From Trichodesmium erythraeum IMS101 (lineage in GTDB: Bacteria; Cyanobacteriota; Cyanobacteriia; Cyanobacteriales; Microcoleaceae), in contig NC_008312.1 in assembly GCF_000014265.1 (NCBI RefSeq), forward strand, positions 30,001 to 62,000: a DNA stretch of 32,000 bases, in the 5' to 3' direction. Under the pieces are notes generated by a model, which worked only from the letters and a program-made list of their open reading frames with translations, was not told the origin of the DNA and did no database searches. Below, one piece after another: positions 19,446 to 30,332 of the stretch (position 1 is its first letter; each line of letters begins with the position of its first letter). The position numbers and the translations under genes were made by a program.

Positions 19446-20529
19446 TATAGCAATTGAAGCAAAGGTTAAAACCTCAACTTAACAACATAATCAACTCTAT
19501 TTCTAAAATCTCCTATTGTTTCTTCTGACTTTCTGAAAAGGTTTTTAATGGAAAACCAATAATGTTCTATTTCATTTAAGTAAGGAGAATATGGTGATGA
19601 ATGTTCAATTTCACAATCCACTGACTCAATTAATTCTTGAATTTTTGGGGGCTTGTGAAAACTTGTATTGCCATAAAATATTCATAGTAGTCATGTTTTT
19701 ATTTATCGCAACAATTTTTATGTTAACCATTTTTCAAAAACTAAATGGTTATAAGAACTATCAAACGAATAAAGCAATTAATTTTCCCTGACACAAACCA
19801 CTTATAATACTTATCCTCAGACTTATTCTTCCTAATTGTCAATCGTAATATATTTTTCCAATTGAATTCCATCGATCAATCACCATAATCTTCTCACTTT
19901 ATCAATTTCAGGATTTATCTATATATACTAAATATTATAGCTTTTTTTCGCGGATTTTTGTCAGAAATTCAATTCTATTCTCTTCATCTGTTTCTCTGTA
20001 ACTGTAATTTTTTGTATGTGGCAAATTGTTTTTTTTAAGGCTTTACCTATAGTGTGTTTGTGCAGCAGAAGGTCGTTCTATCGCTAACTGATTCTAGCCA
20101 TAAAGGGTGACATTTTTTTTTGAGTTTTACTACCATTAATGTAGACCAATTCTTGCTCATTATTCTAAATCTGGTATTTTAGGATTATCTCCTTTTTTAT
20201 CATCTGTTTTTGCTCTTATATACCTAGTTTCTATTCTTCCAAGTAACTAAATATTAATGGTATTACAACTAATATTAAATATAAAACTTGTTTCAGTTTT
20301 ACTCATCCCATCATCAATTACATTAATAACTTTTTATCAATAGTCGTAGGTATAAGGAACATGCATAATCTTTTTCAGATAATTTTTCGAGCATTATTTC
20401 TATATCTTTACTTCGACTACTACTAAGATAAACAATTACCTATTTCCCTCACACATATTATAATCATAATTTTGAGTAGACAAGGAATGTTAAAAATCTT
20501 TGAATCAGGACTTGGGCAAAGATACTATA
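19446..20529 (-). mobile_element. Degenerate IS630-family element (element E)
   Basis: On the minus strand the 3' part reads MDN-like ...TSFHKPPKIQELIESVDCEIE-SPYSPYLNEIEHYWFSIKNLFRKSEETIGDFRNRVDYVVKLRF* (stop complement at 19466-19468). Ends are TATAGCAATTG (19446) and ...GGGCAAAGATACTATA (ending 20529), similar to the element D termini. Many stops. Confidence 0.5.
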
Positions 20530-21132
20530 TATATAGGGCATGACAATTTTGACCACCTGCACTATAGCTTTGTGTGATACGGATAACTCCACGGGAAGCG
20601 AACGCTTAAATATTTTATTTTATTCAAAAAAACCTTCATTGATTCAAGTTAAAATTTGCTTCATTATAATTAAAAGATATTTTCATTATGAGATAAGACC
20701 AATTCAATAATAATTAGTGGCTGTTCTTGAATGAATACTTTTTATTATTTAAAAAGCAAATATTTTTAATAATTTCTATACGCTTGATTGCACAAGCAAT
20801 ATATTTTTTTTAATTATTCGCAGGCGATATTGGCAAAATTATAAACTTGTTAATTACTTAATTCTGTGGTGATTTTTTTTAATGTTCTATTTAGTTTGAG
20901 TTAAAATTATAAATCATCAGCGTGATGATTTATTTAGATTCTTAGTGACAATATATTCTGCTGAAGTTGGCAGACACAGTATCCCAAAATATTTTTAATT
21001 TTTTGTCTTGTGGAAAACCTTTGATTTTCATTCTTTTTCCCAAGACTTTTTCAGTCTCATTCCAATTTAATTATTGAATCTTTTTGTATTTTTATACCCC
21101 GCCTGTATCATAAACTAAGCGATTACTTTTTA

Positions 21133-21179
21133 AATGACATTAATAGATATTTTTTTCTAAATTATCTATTAATGTCATT
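21133..21179. repeat. Perfect 17-bp-stem hairpin
   Basis: AATGACATTAATAGATA (21133-21149), a 13-nt loop, then TATCTATTAATGTCATT (21163-21179). Confidence 0.8.
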
Positions 21180-21287
21180 AATCTTTGTATTGTATACTTA
21201 CTATCTATTAATACAGTTTGAAATAGTACTTTTTTTTGTTTATAGCATTAAGTACTATTTTTTTTTACATTCATTATCTATATGATC

Positions 21288-22317
21288 TATAGCAATGCCC
21301 ATAGCTATGAGGTACAGTAACAAGAATTGTTAAACCAATTGCGAATATCTTGTTGACTAACTTTTAATATAGTTGAGGTAATGGCATCAATTAAATCTTT
21401 ATAATTTCTTACTTTAACTATTCTTAGAATAGCTTTCATATTTGACTAAAAGTTTTCAATTGAATAAAAATCAGGTGAATAAGAATGTAAAAATAACAGA
21501 CTAGCTCCAACTTATTCAATAACTTCTCTCACCATTTAGGAGAAATTAATTTTCCCATTTTCCATTACAACAGGATCTCCTTTTCACAGTCATGGAAATA
21601 CTTATTTAACAATAAAAGCCTCAAAAGTTACTCCATATAATGCTCCATCAATATTTATTTTTGCCAAAACTTTTTCTCAGGATATAGCTCCTATGATTGA
21701 GATATTTTTTCCTAGTTTTTGAGGTTTTATCCTCTGACTCTTTTCCCTTTTAAGGCTCTAGCATATAATCAAAGCATTGCCAAATTTACTCCTGATTCAT
21801 CTATAAAGACTAAATTATTGATCTTTATCCCTCTAACTATTTCCCAATACTCTACTCTCTTATATTGGAGTTAAACATTTTCTTTTTCAGGTACATACAA
21901 TGTTTTTTTTGAGACTGTAGTTTAACTTTTCAGTTATCCAATGATTGTACTTTTTCCTACTTTTACTCCTGTAGCTACTTCGATTAATTCTCATAATTTC
22001 TCATTAGTTGCATCATTATTTTTCCCCATTATTTCTACTAAGATTAATAATTCTTCACTATTGAGCTGAGAAGGAGGACTTCCTCCTTGAGGTAAAGGTT
22101 TAATATCTCCAGTTTATTGATATTTTTTGGTTAAGGTTTGAATAAAATTTTGGCTGACTCCAAACCTATGATCCAGCTTCCTTATAGACATTTTTTCGGT
22201 AGCTACAAATTTCTACAATTTTTTTTCTAAAGTCTATAGAATAAGGTTTCATCAGTTTCGCGATCGCTATAAAAATTAGCCCTACTAGTGTATCTTATGA
22301 CTATGGGAAATACTATA
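21288..22317 (-). mobile_element. Degenerate IS630-family element (element D)
   Basis: Ends are TATAGCAATGCCCATAG (21288) and CTATGGGAAATACTATA (ending 22317). The minus strand begins MKPYSIDFRKKIVE... (ATG complement near 22250) and then accumulates stops and frameshifts. Confidence 0.7.
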
Positions 22318-22849
22318 TTTTTGTTTTTTTGTTTTCTTGTCAGTATCTGGTTCATAAATCCTGTAATCTATAATTCATAACTGTTCAGTTTGAGAATTAA
22401 AATATATACAATTAACTATTCCTATACCACGAGCTTCGTAGCTGAGAGAAAGCAAATAACTGTATGTTCTTTACCACTTTATTTTTATCGCGTAAGTGCT
22501 TCTAAGAGAGGAGGTACGCCATCAATTTTTAACCCATACTTTTTATTAATTACTGTGTCATCAAAGATTAAATATACTGATATACCTGAAAAAAATTATT
22601 ATTTAATATTTCGTCATAAATATTGTGAATTTAAAGACTATTTTCTTAAATAATGGTTTATTTTATCATGTCTAATATTTTTACTTTGCTGTTCTCAAGT
22701 TTGTTTTTGTATAATTTGTGTGATATTGAAGTAAATATTAACTAATTACAACATAATTAAAATCCATGTTTTTTTGAAACTAATATAATTATGCCATTGC
22801 TGTCTAACTATAAAATTTTTTTAGCAATTCAATTTAACAATTTATAATC

Positions 22850-22989
22850 TATAGCAATCCTAAATCATTTATGAAAAATTACTAGTATTTTGAAAAATAG
22901 CTCTAATCACTGTTAATTATGGTTTCTCTCTTCAGCATAAGTATCTTATAGCTACCGATCTCTTTCACTTTTCAGATAGGATTACTATA
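22850..22989. mobile_element. Candidate 140-bp MITE with element-A-type termini
   Basis: TATAGCAATCCTAA (22850) and GGATTACTATA (ending 22989) form an inverted pair matching the IS630 element A ends. There is no coding capacity between them. Confidence 0.45.
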
Positions 22990-23040
22990 TTTGTTTAGAC
23001 ATATTCTTTTTTTCTTACTAGATAATATATATCAAAAGTA

Positions 23041-24074
23041 TAGTTTTTTAAATTAAGATTAAGACAAAAATTGAGTTGAATAAAATCAAGTCAACTAGCA
23101 ACTATTTTTAACTATGCCTTACAGTTTATACTTCAAAAAAAAGTAATAACTTTTGTAGAAGATGCTGGTATTATTACCAAATAAGCTGATATATTTGGGA
23201 TAGGAGGAGCTTCGATATATAGATGGTTATCTCACCCAAAATTGGAAGCAAGTAATGTGAAATTTTGTCCAATAAAATTAGGTTAGAAAGAATTAGAAAA
23301 GGTAAAATTTATTCAAATAAAATTAGATTGGAAAGAACTAGAAAAGGTAAAATTTATTCAAATAAAATTAGATTGTAAAGAACTAGAAAAAGATATAAAA
23401 CCAAATCAATAATTGCTCATTAGCAAACAGAGCAAAAAAAAATGGAGTTAATTCTATAGCTATATTTTATGCTTTGAAAACAATTAAGTTTCATTGAAAA
23501 AACAACTTTGTTATAGAGAAAGAAATAGAGAATAAAGAATAAAATATGATCATAAACTACGAAATATCATCAAAAAAAATTGGAAGTAAACGCTAATTAT
23601 TTATTTATGAATCAAGATTTGAAGATAATTAAGACTGTATTTATGCCTGGTCAAAAAAAGGGAAAAAAGTTGATGGTGAGCCAGAAGTAAAACGAGGAAA
23701 AAGATAAAATTTAGTAGCTGGGAGAAGAAAAAAGGAAAAAGATTTAATGGCACCAATTATATTTAAAGGAACCCTAAATGCCGTGGGATATGAACAATGG
23801 TTAAATGAAGATGTATTGCCATCATTAAAAATTTCCAGTGTACTAATTATGGAGAATTAACCAATTCATATAAAAAAGGTTATTAGACAATTAGTAGAAG
23901 CAAGGGTCATCAATTACTATTTTTGCCAAAATGCTCTCCTGATTTAAATGGCATAGAACATGATTTTAGTGCATTAAAAAGAGCTAGAATATATTCACTT
24001 ATCAACACATCTATTGATGAAATTATTCGTAATTACTGTGCCAAATAGTGTCTCATTCTTATTTAAAATGACTA
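23041..24074 (+). mobile_element. Degenerate IS630-family element B, copy 2
   Basis: Collinear with 13024-13968 and 28572-30669. Flanked by TA (23039-23040, 24075-24076). Carries an internal ~45-bp tandem triplication at ~23271-23400. The reading frame is broken. Confidence 0.8.
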
Positions 24075-24555
24075 TAATATCTATAAAGTATATCTATCCG
24101 AAAAAAACTAATTTAAGTAATTGACAATTCCCGAGTTGACAGTACGCTATATATAGCGTACCTGCGTAATTTCTGTGAATGTGACTACAGGGACTATCAT
24201 ATTTAATAGGCAAAGGAAAACAAACTGCAAGCCTTTAATCTGAACTAAGGTGACGATAGTTTTAATAGAATTAGTATTCACTAGATTTGGAGTAACAACT
24301 TTTGCCTCTTTGGCTAAAGAACTATAGCCAAAGCTGACATTTAAGGCCATGTACCGAGAGTAATTAACCCTACCTCAAATTACCTGACCTAGAAAGTTAT
24401 TCCCTAACCAAGAGGAGAGGAATTTAACCTCCAAGGAATTGGGAGTTATCATCTCATATCACCTCTAGTAATTATTAGAGATATCGGCTATGTTATACTA
24501 ATTTCATAAACTTAAGCTACACTTTTAGAAGTAACCTATTATAGAAAATGTCCCC

Positions 24556-25059
24556 ATGTCAGGAGTAGTAAAAATTGAGATAAATGAATCGGTAGAAACT
24601 CTCAAAAAACTTTTAAAAAGTGCGAGTACAGCTCAAGAAAAGGAAAGACTTCAAACTATTTACTGGTTGAAAACTCAAACAGTAGAAACAGTAAAAGAAA
24701 TTGCGATAATGTTAGGACGCAATCGAGTCACAGTACAAAAATGGTTAGGGAAATATCGTACAGGTGGACTGAATCTTTTACTAGAACCAAAGAAAAATCT
24801 AGGAGGGAGGCCAAGTTCAATTCCACCAAATGTAATCGAGAAATTAGAAGCAGAATTGCAAAACCCGGAAGGTTTCCAAAGCTATGGTGAAATTCAACAG
24901 TGGTTAACGACTTGTTTTGACATCGAGCTGTCTTATCGAACAGTTCATCAATTAGTCAGATATAAATTAAAAAGTAAATTAAAAGTTCCACGTCCAAATC
25001 ACATAAAACAAAATAAAGAAGCTCAAGAAAACTTTAAAAAAAACTCTCATCTCAACTAG
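24556..25059 (+). CDS. IS630-family transposase OrfA (HTH DNA-binding part)
   Basis: 167-aa ORF with HTH-like segments (VKEIAIMLGRNRVTVQKWL, SYRTVHQLVRY). It ends just after an A8 run. Confidence 0.85.
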   Translation: MSGVVKIEINESVETLKKLLKSASTAQEKERLQTIYWLKTQTVETVKEIAIMLGRNRVTVQKWLGKYRTGGLNLLLEPKKNLGGRPSSIPPNVIEKLEAELQNPEGFQSYGEIQQWLTTCFDIELSYRTVHQLVRYKLKSKLKVPRPNHIKQNKEAQENFKKNSHLN

Positions 25060-25523
25060 AAGAGAAAATTAAGTTAATTAATAAATATTCGGAAAATCAA
25101 CTGCCAATTCGCTATTGGTGTCAAGACGAGACTAGAATTGGATTAAAAACTATAACAGGTAAAGTCATTACTGCTTGCGGTGTTAAGCCCATTGGTTTAT
25201 ATCAATGGCTATTTAAATATCTATGGCTTTATGGTTTAGTAGAACCAAAAACAGGAGATTCCTTTTTTTATGAATTTAGTCATCTAGATACTCCTTGCTT
25301 TGAAAGATTTTTAGAGCTTTTTTCTCAAACATATCCTGAAGAGATTCATATTATTCAACTAGATAACGGGCGAGGGCATCTAGGGAATGATTTATCTATC
25401 CCTGATCACATCATTTTATTATTTCAACCTCCTTATTGTCCCGAAGTTAATCCCATTGAAAGACTGTGGAAAGAGGTGAAAAAATTCTTGAAAAATCGAG
25501 TTTTCGATTCCTTAGATTTCTGA
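25038..25523 (+). CDS. IS630-family transposase OrfB (DDE catalytic part), expressed as an OrfAB fusion by -1 slippage on A8
   Basis: Frame 3 from the A8 run (25036-25043) reads KKLSSQLEEKIKLINKYSENQLPIRYWCQDETRIG...IIQLDNGRGH...CPEVNPIERLWKEVK. It has no own start codon. It ends at TGA 25521-25523, and the same frame then stays open to TAG 25626-25628. Confidence 0.7.
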   Translation, partial: KKLSSQLEEKIKLINKYSENQLPIRYWCQDETRIGLKTITGKVITACGVKPIGLYQWLFKYLWLYGLVEPKTGDSFFYEFSHLDTPCFERFLELFSQTYPEEIHIIQLDNGRGHLGNDLSIPDHIILLFQPPYCPEVNPIERLWKEVKKFLKNRVFDSLDF

Positions 25524-25815
25524 CGCAGAATCCTGAGAAATATATTAACTGGATTTAGTCAAAAAGATATTGCTTCTTGTACAGGATATGATTTTATTCT
25601 TGAAGCATTATGTGTAGTCGGACTTTAGGAAATTGGTATTACTTATGGGGTTCTTTAGCCCAAGAAGTCGCACTCAGCAAATCCTAAATAAAGTGATAAA
25701 GTAGGTGAAAGTCTAGTAAAGTTTCTATATTTTTATAGACTATGGACTGTGGCAATGAGAAAGCTATCATTCCATAAAAAAATAAACGTTTTACGAAAAA
25801 CTGCAAATTATTCTG

Positions 25816-26544
25816 ATGGTAAAACTATTGAACAAAATACTAAATCTGGAGAAGCTCCCAACTTTAATAGTATCTCTACTATTACTAATTTTGGCAACTA
25901 TAATACCAGTATCCTCTGTATCTGCAACTGGAGTTTATCAAATGCCCAATTTAGACACAGGTAATCGTACATTTATTGTTGATGATGCAGATGTTCTCAG
26001 TCGAGTTACTAAGAATAAACTAAACAATACTTTAGAAAATTTGGCTAATTTGACTGGGAATGAAGTTAGATTCGTTACTATCCGTCGCCTAGATTATGGT
26101 GAGACTGCCGATAGTTTTACTGAAAAATTATTTGACAAATGGTTCCCTACTCTAGAAGCAAAAGCTAATCAAACCTTAGTAGTATTAGATACTCTCACCA
26201 ATAATGATGCAATTCGTATAGGTGATGCAGTTAAAATATTTATGTCTAATGATATTACTCAGAGTTTAGTTAATGAAACTATTCAAGTACCTATTAGAGA
26301 TGGTAATAAATATAATGAAGCTTTCTTGGCAGCTAGCGATCGCCTAACTGCTGTATTATCTGGAGAACCAGATCCAGGTCCTCCGGATATTAAAGATGAG
26401 CTTTCAGCACAAGTAGCAGCTACTTTTAAATCAGCAGAGGAAACTAATGATCAAAGTGCAACTGTTTTGGTTGTTGTATTGTTAGTTATTGCTACAGTTG
26501 TACCTATGGCTACTTATTTCTGGTATCAAAGCTTTTCTGGCTAG
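25816..26544 (+). CDS. psb32: TPM-domain thylakoid-lumen protein, Psb32 / TLP18.3-like photosystem II repair protein
   Basis: Signal-peptide-like N-terminus, TPM-domain motifs (FIVDDADVLSRVTKNKLNNTLENLANLTGNEVRFVTIRRL...FTEKLFDKWFP), and a C-terminal TM helix (VLVVVLLVIATVVPMATYFWY). Confidence 0.8.
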   Translation: MVKLLNKILNLEKLPTLIVSLLLLILATIIPVSSVSATGVYQMPNLDTGNRTFIVDDADVLSRVTKNKLNNTLENLANLTGNEVRFVTIRRLDYGETADSFTEKLFDKWFPTLEAKANQTLVVLDTLTNNDAIRIGDAVKIFMSNDITQSLVNETIQVPIRDGNKYNEAFLAASDRLTAVLSGEPDPGPPDIKDELSAQVAATFKSAEETNDQSATVLVVVLLVIATVVPMATYFWYQSFSG

Positions 26545-26598
26545 TAATTCAAGAAAATAGCAAAAGGTTTCATTTATACATAATTTCTGTAAATTGAG

Positions 26599-26982
26599 TT
26601 AATCTTGAATATATTCTTTACCACTTAATAAAGCAATTTCAGCACGGACAAATTCCCGCCCTAAATAAGCAGCATGATCTAACATTGTGATGTGACAAGG
26701 ACGGGTTTCTTCAAATATTTTGACACACATTTCTTTTGCGGTTTTTGCAGTAAATATTGCATTTTCCTGACGTTCTACTTTACCTTTAGCAGGAATAGGT
26801 TTTCCTGTTTCTGGATCGATAGCTAGACCTCGGCTGTCAATTATATTAGTAAAATGTTTTGCAAAAATAAGACCAGCTTTTTTGTCGATGAAGATAATAA
26901 AATAACCACCAGGGTCTAGATCTATGTGACGTTTTGAAAGCTTTTTATCAATTGTATTTAATTCTTCAAAGGTGATATTCAT
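26599..26982 (-). CDS. Conserved cyanobacterial hypothetical protein (DUF4346-like)
   Basis: 127-aa ORF with non-junk composition. The motifs LDPGGYFII and DHAAYLGREFVRAE match my recollection of the DUF4346 family. Function unknown. Confidence 0.7.
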   Translation of the reverse strand: MNITFEELNTIDKKLSKRHIDLDPGGYFIIFIDKKAGLIFAKHFTNIIDSRGLAIDPETGKPIPAKGKVERQENAIFTAKTAKEMCVKIFEETRPCHITMLDHAAYLGREFVRAEIALLSGKEYIQD

Positions 26983-27300
26983 AGTTCAAATTTAGAATTG
27001 CTTGTATTTTATTCTACATTTTTCTTGGTTGTTTAACTCAGTTATGGCATCTTAAAATTTATATAGCAATTCCCATAATTTTTTTTTCGGGCAATACAGT
27101 TGAGTTAAGATTTTTAAGGTTATATTCATAGTAAAAATGTAGAATTGCTTGTATTTTATTCTACATTTTTCTTAGTTGTCTAACTCAATTATAGCATTTT
27201 AAAATTTATATAACAATTTCCATACTGTTTTTTTTTCGAGCAATACAGTTGGGTTAAGATTTTTTTTTGCAATTTTGTAATCTGAACAGCTTATATCATA
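26977..27300. repeat. ~147-bp tandem duplication (2 full copies plus a partial one) of the 5' leader and start codon of the 26599-26982 gene
   Basis: ATTCATAG..AGAATTGCTTGTATTTTATTCTACATTTTTCTT.GTTGT.TAACTCA.TTAT.GCAT occurs at 26977 and again at 27124. A third ATCATAGTTCAATAA lies at ~27294. Confidence 0.75.
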
Positions 27301-29364
27301 GTTCAATAATATAATAGCAGTACCTTGATATTTTTGAAGTGCCAAAATGCTATTAATTGTTCTTTTGGAGTAAGGGAAATATAAAGCTCTTGCTAAGAAA
27401 AGCTTTAATAAAAGATAGATTACTATCCACAGTTTATCAAAAGTAAAGCCTATATTTTATAAAGCTTTGATAATATTTTTATTTATGTTTTACTCACCTC
27501 AGTTTTGCCTTGCTCTAAAACGTATTGTGTTTTAGGGAGTAGAAAATAGTAGTTGCACCACATTATTTTCTGGTACAAACTGACTTTTCCTAGGTCATAC
27601 TGCACAAATAAGATATTTTTCTGTCACAAAAATGTTTCGTATAAAAGATTAAAAAAATAATGTTACAAATAATCGGGGGTAAATTTATCGGAGAATTTAA
27701 TCAGATTTCCCTTTCTATAAAATAAGCTATAGCAATCCGTGGGTAGGTTGCGACAAAATTCTATACTGAAAAAGTTTTGGGAAATTGGATATTTTACCAT
27801 CTGCAAAAAACTTTAAATAACTTAACTACTTTAAAATAACTGCAAAGATAATAAAAATATCTAATAAATTTTTTGGCTTGTAACCAAATATCTTCAACAG
27901 GATTTTGCTCCGGAGCATTTGGAGCAAATGAGCGTACAGTTTATCAAGCATTCTTCTTCCGATAAGTCTTGATTAATTGTCATTAAATATTCTCTATATG
28001 CTTGAAAGTTATAATAAGTTACTCCATCCCAAAATATTGCCAATTTATTACCTGGTCTTTGCTTCTGCAAATATTTAATAAATTCCATAGTTTTTAGTAT
28101 TTCCACTTCTTTAATTCTTGCACAATAAATTATTTAGTTTGATAGTCTAAAACTCGATAATAAAGTCTGTTTTTCTTTTTCATTTTTCATCGTAATTTAT
28201 ATTCTTTCATATGTTTTTACCTAAGTATAACCTAATATATCTCCCCATAGAAGATGACATTCATAAATCATAAATACTGTAAGCTTTTCAGCTTCTATTG
28301 CTGGTTACTATTTATTTAGCTAACAATTCCTCTATTTTTTTCTTTCAGCTTGTACTAATTTATCATTTGTAGCAGTTTTTGAATTTTTTTTCAGCTTATT
28401 TATGCTTCTTTTAAGAATTTAAAATAACTTTAGATATACTCAAAAAAAATCTCATATTGATTCTGTAAATAGCTTTTTTGACCTGATAAAATTAGGTAAT
28501 ATTGTTCCCTAAAATACTGATTTTTTTTTCTTCCTTTGCGACAGCCTTTAAGTCACCTTTTTCCCAATATATAGTCGTTTTAATTAAGATTTAAATAAAA
28601 ATTGAGTATAATAAAATCAAGTCAAATATAAACTATTTTGAACTATGCCTTACAGTTTATAATTCAGACAAAAAGTAATAAGTTTTGTAGAAAATGGCGG
28701 TACGATTACCAAAGCAGCTCATACATTTGGGATAGCAAGATCTTCGATATATAGATGGTTATCTCGCCCAAAATTGTCAGCAACTAAGGTAAAAAGTCGT
28801 CAAAGAAAATTAGATTGGAAAGCATTAGAAAAAGATGTAAAACCAAATCCAGAGTCGCTCATTGTCAGACAGAGCTAAAAAATTTGGAGTTAATCAATCA
28901 GCTATATTTTATGCTTTAAAAATAATGGATTTTCCTTGAAAAAAAACAACTTCGTTATAGAGAAAAAAATAGAGAAGAAAGGATAAAATATTATCAGCTT
29001 TCCCTTGAAATTTTATCAAAAAATTTGGAAGTAAAAGCCTTGTATTTATTGATAAATCAGAATTTGAAGATAATCAAGACTGTATTTATGCCTGGTCAAA
29101 AAAAAGGGAAAAAAGTTTATGGTGAGCAAGAGGGAAAACGAGGTAAAAGAGGAAATTTAGTAGCCGGGAGAAGAAAAAAGGAAAAAGATTTAATAGCACC
29201 AATTATATTTAAAGGAACCCTAAATGCTGTGGGATTTGAACAATGGTTATACCAATTTCCTAAAGTCCGACTACACATAATGCTTCAAGAATAAAATCAT
29301 ATCCTGTACAAGAAGCAATATCTTTTTGACTAAATCCAGTTAATATATTTCTCAGGATTCTGCG

Positions 29365-29850
29365 TCAGAAATCTAAGGAATCGAAAACTCGATTTTTCAA
29401 GAATTTTTTCACCTCTTTCCACAGTCTTTCAATGGGATTAACTTCGGGACAATAAGGAGGTTGAAATAATAAAATGATGTGATCAGGGATAGATAAATCA
29501 TTCCCTAGATGCCCTCGCCCGTTATCTAGTTGAATAATATGAATCTCTTCAGGATATGTTTGAGAAAAAAGCTCTAAAAATCTTTCAAAGCAAGGAGTAT
29601 CTAGATGACTAAATTCATAAAAAAAGGAATCTCCTGTTTTTGGTTCTACTAAACCATAAAGCCATAGATATTTAAATAGCCATTGATATAAACCAATGGG
29701 CTTAACACCGCAAGCAGTAATGACTTTACCTGTTATAGTTTTTAATCCAATTCTAGTCTCGTCTTGACACCAATAGCGAATTGGCAGTTGATTTTCCGAA
29801 TATTTATTAATTAACTTAATTTTCTCTTCTAGTTGAGATGAGAGTTTTTT
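29365..29850 (-). CDS. IS630-family transposase OrfB (copy 2), frameshift-dependent
   Basis: Mirror of 25038-25523. Same A8 run and same in-frame TGA (complement at 29365-29367). Confidence 0.7.
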   Translation of the reverse strand, partial: KKLSSQLEEKIKLINKYSENQLPIRYWCQDETRIGLKTITGKVITACGVKPIGLYQWLFKYLWLYGLVEPKTGDSFFYEFSHLDTPCFERFLELFSQTYPEEIHIIQLDNGRGHLGNDLSIPDHIILLFQPPYCPEVNPIERLWKEVKKFLKNRVFDSLDF

Positions 29851-30332
29851 TTAAAGTTTTCTTGAGCTTCTTTATTTTGTTTTATGTGATTTGGACGTGG
29901 AACTTTTAATTTACTTTTTAATTTATATCTGACTAATTGATGAACTGTTCGATAAGACAGCTCGATGTCAAAACAAGTCGTTAACCACTGTTGAATTTCA
30001 CCATAGCTTTGGAAACCTTCCGGGTTTTGCAATTCTGCTTCTAATTTCTCGATTACATTTGGTGGAATTGAACTTGGCCTCCCTCCTAGATTTTTCTTTG
30101 GTTCTAGTAAAAGATTCAGTCCACCTGTACGATATTTCCCTAACCATTTTTGTACTGTGACTCGATTGCGTCCTAACATTATCGCAATTTCTTTTACTGT
30201 TTCTACTGTTTGAGTTTTCAACCAGTAAATAGTTTGAAGTCTTTCCTTTTCTTGAGCTGTACTCGCACTTTTTAAAAGTTTTTTGAGAGTTTCTACCGAT
30301 TCATTTATCTCAATTTTTACTACTCCTGACAT
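29829..30332 (-). CDS. IS630-family transposase OrfA (copy 2)
   Basis: Protein identical to that of 24556-25059. Confidence 0.85.
   Translation of the reverse strand: MSGVVKIEINESVETLKKLLKSASTAQEKERLQTIYWLKTQTVETVKEIAIMLGRNRVTVQKWLGKYRTGGLNLLLEPKKNLGGRPSSIPPNVIEKLEAELQNPEGFQSYGEIQQWLTTCFDIELSYRTVHQLVRYKLKSKLKVPRPNHIKQNKEAQENFKKNSHLN

Larger units (their letters stand above)
24495..25639 (+). mobile_element. IS630-family element C, copy 1 (1145 bp, two-ORF frameshift type)
   Basis: Ends are ATACTAATTTC... and ...GAAATTGGTAT (imperfect IR). It appears base-for-base identical to the inverted copy at 29249-30393. Confidence 0.9.

Noticed and set aside
19591-19791. ORF 19591-19791 (+), 66 aa
   Set aside because: It is antisense to the recognisable IS630 C-terminal remnant (SPYSPYLNEIEHYWF) of element E, so it is a chance ORF in AT-rich DNA.
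22390-22653. ORF 22390-22653 (+), and a possible minus-strand transposase scrap (FDDTVINKKYGLKIDGV)
   Set aside because: The plus ORF has no motifs and junk-like composition. The minus-strand peptide vaguely resembles DDE transposase N-terminal regions, but it is about 20 residues followed by stops, which is too little to call.
24147-24350. ORF 24147-24350 (-), 67 aa, in a slightly GC-richer patch containing a 9-bp-stem hairpin (CTTTGGCTA...TAGCCAAAG)
   Set aside because: It has no recognisable motif, no SD, and nothing to compare it with. It could be an ncRNA or a small gene, but the sequence alone gives no support.
25749-25964. ORF 25749-25964 (+) overlapping the psb32 start
   Set aside because: It is in a different frame from the well-supported Psb32-like ORF and has a low-complexity translation.
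29025-29294. ORF 29025-29294 (+), 89 aa
   Set aside because: It is a chimeric frame. The remnant of the element B transposase (AWSKKGKKVYGEQEGKRGK...IFKGTLNAVGFEQWL) runs across the insertion junction into element C. It is not a gene.
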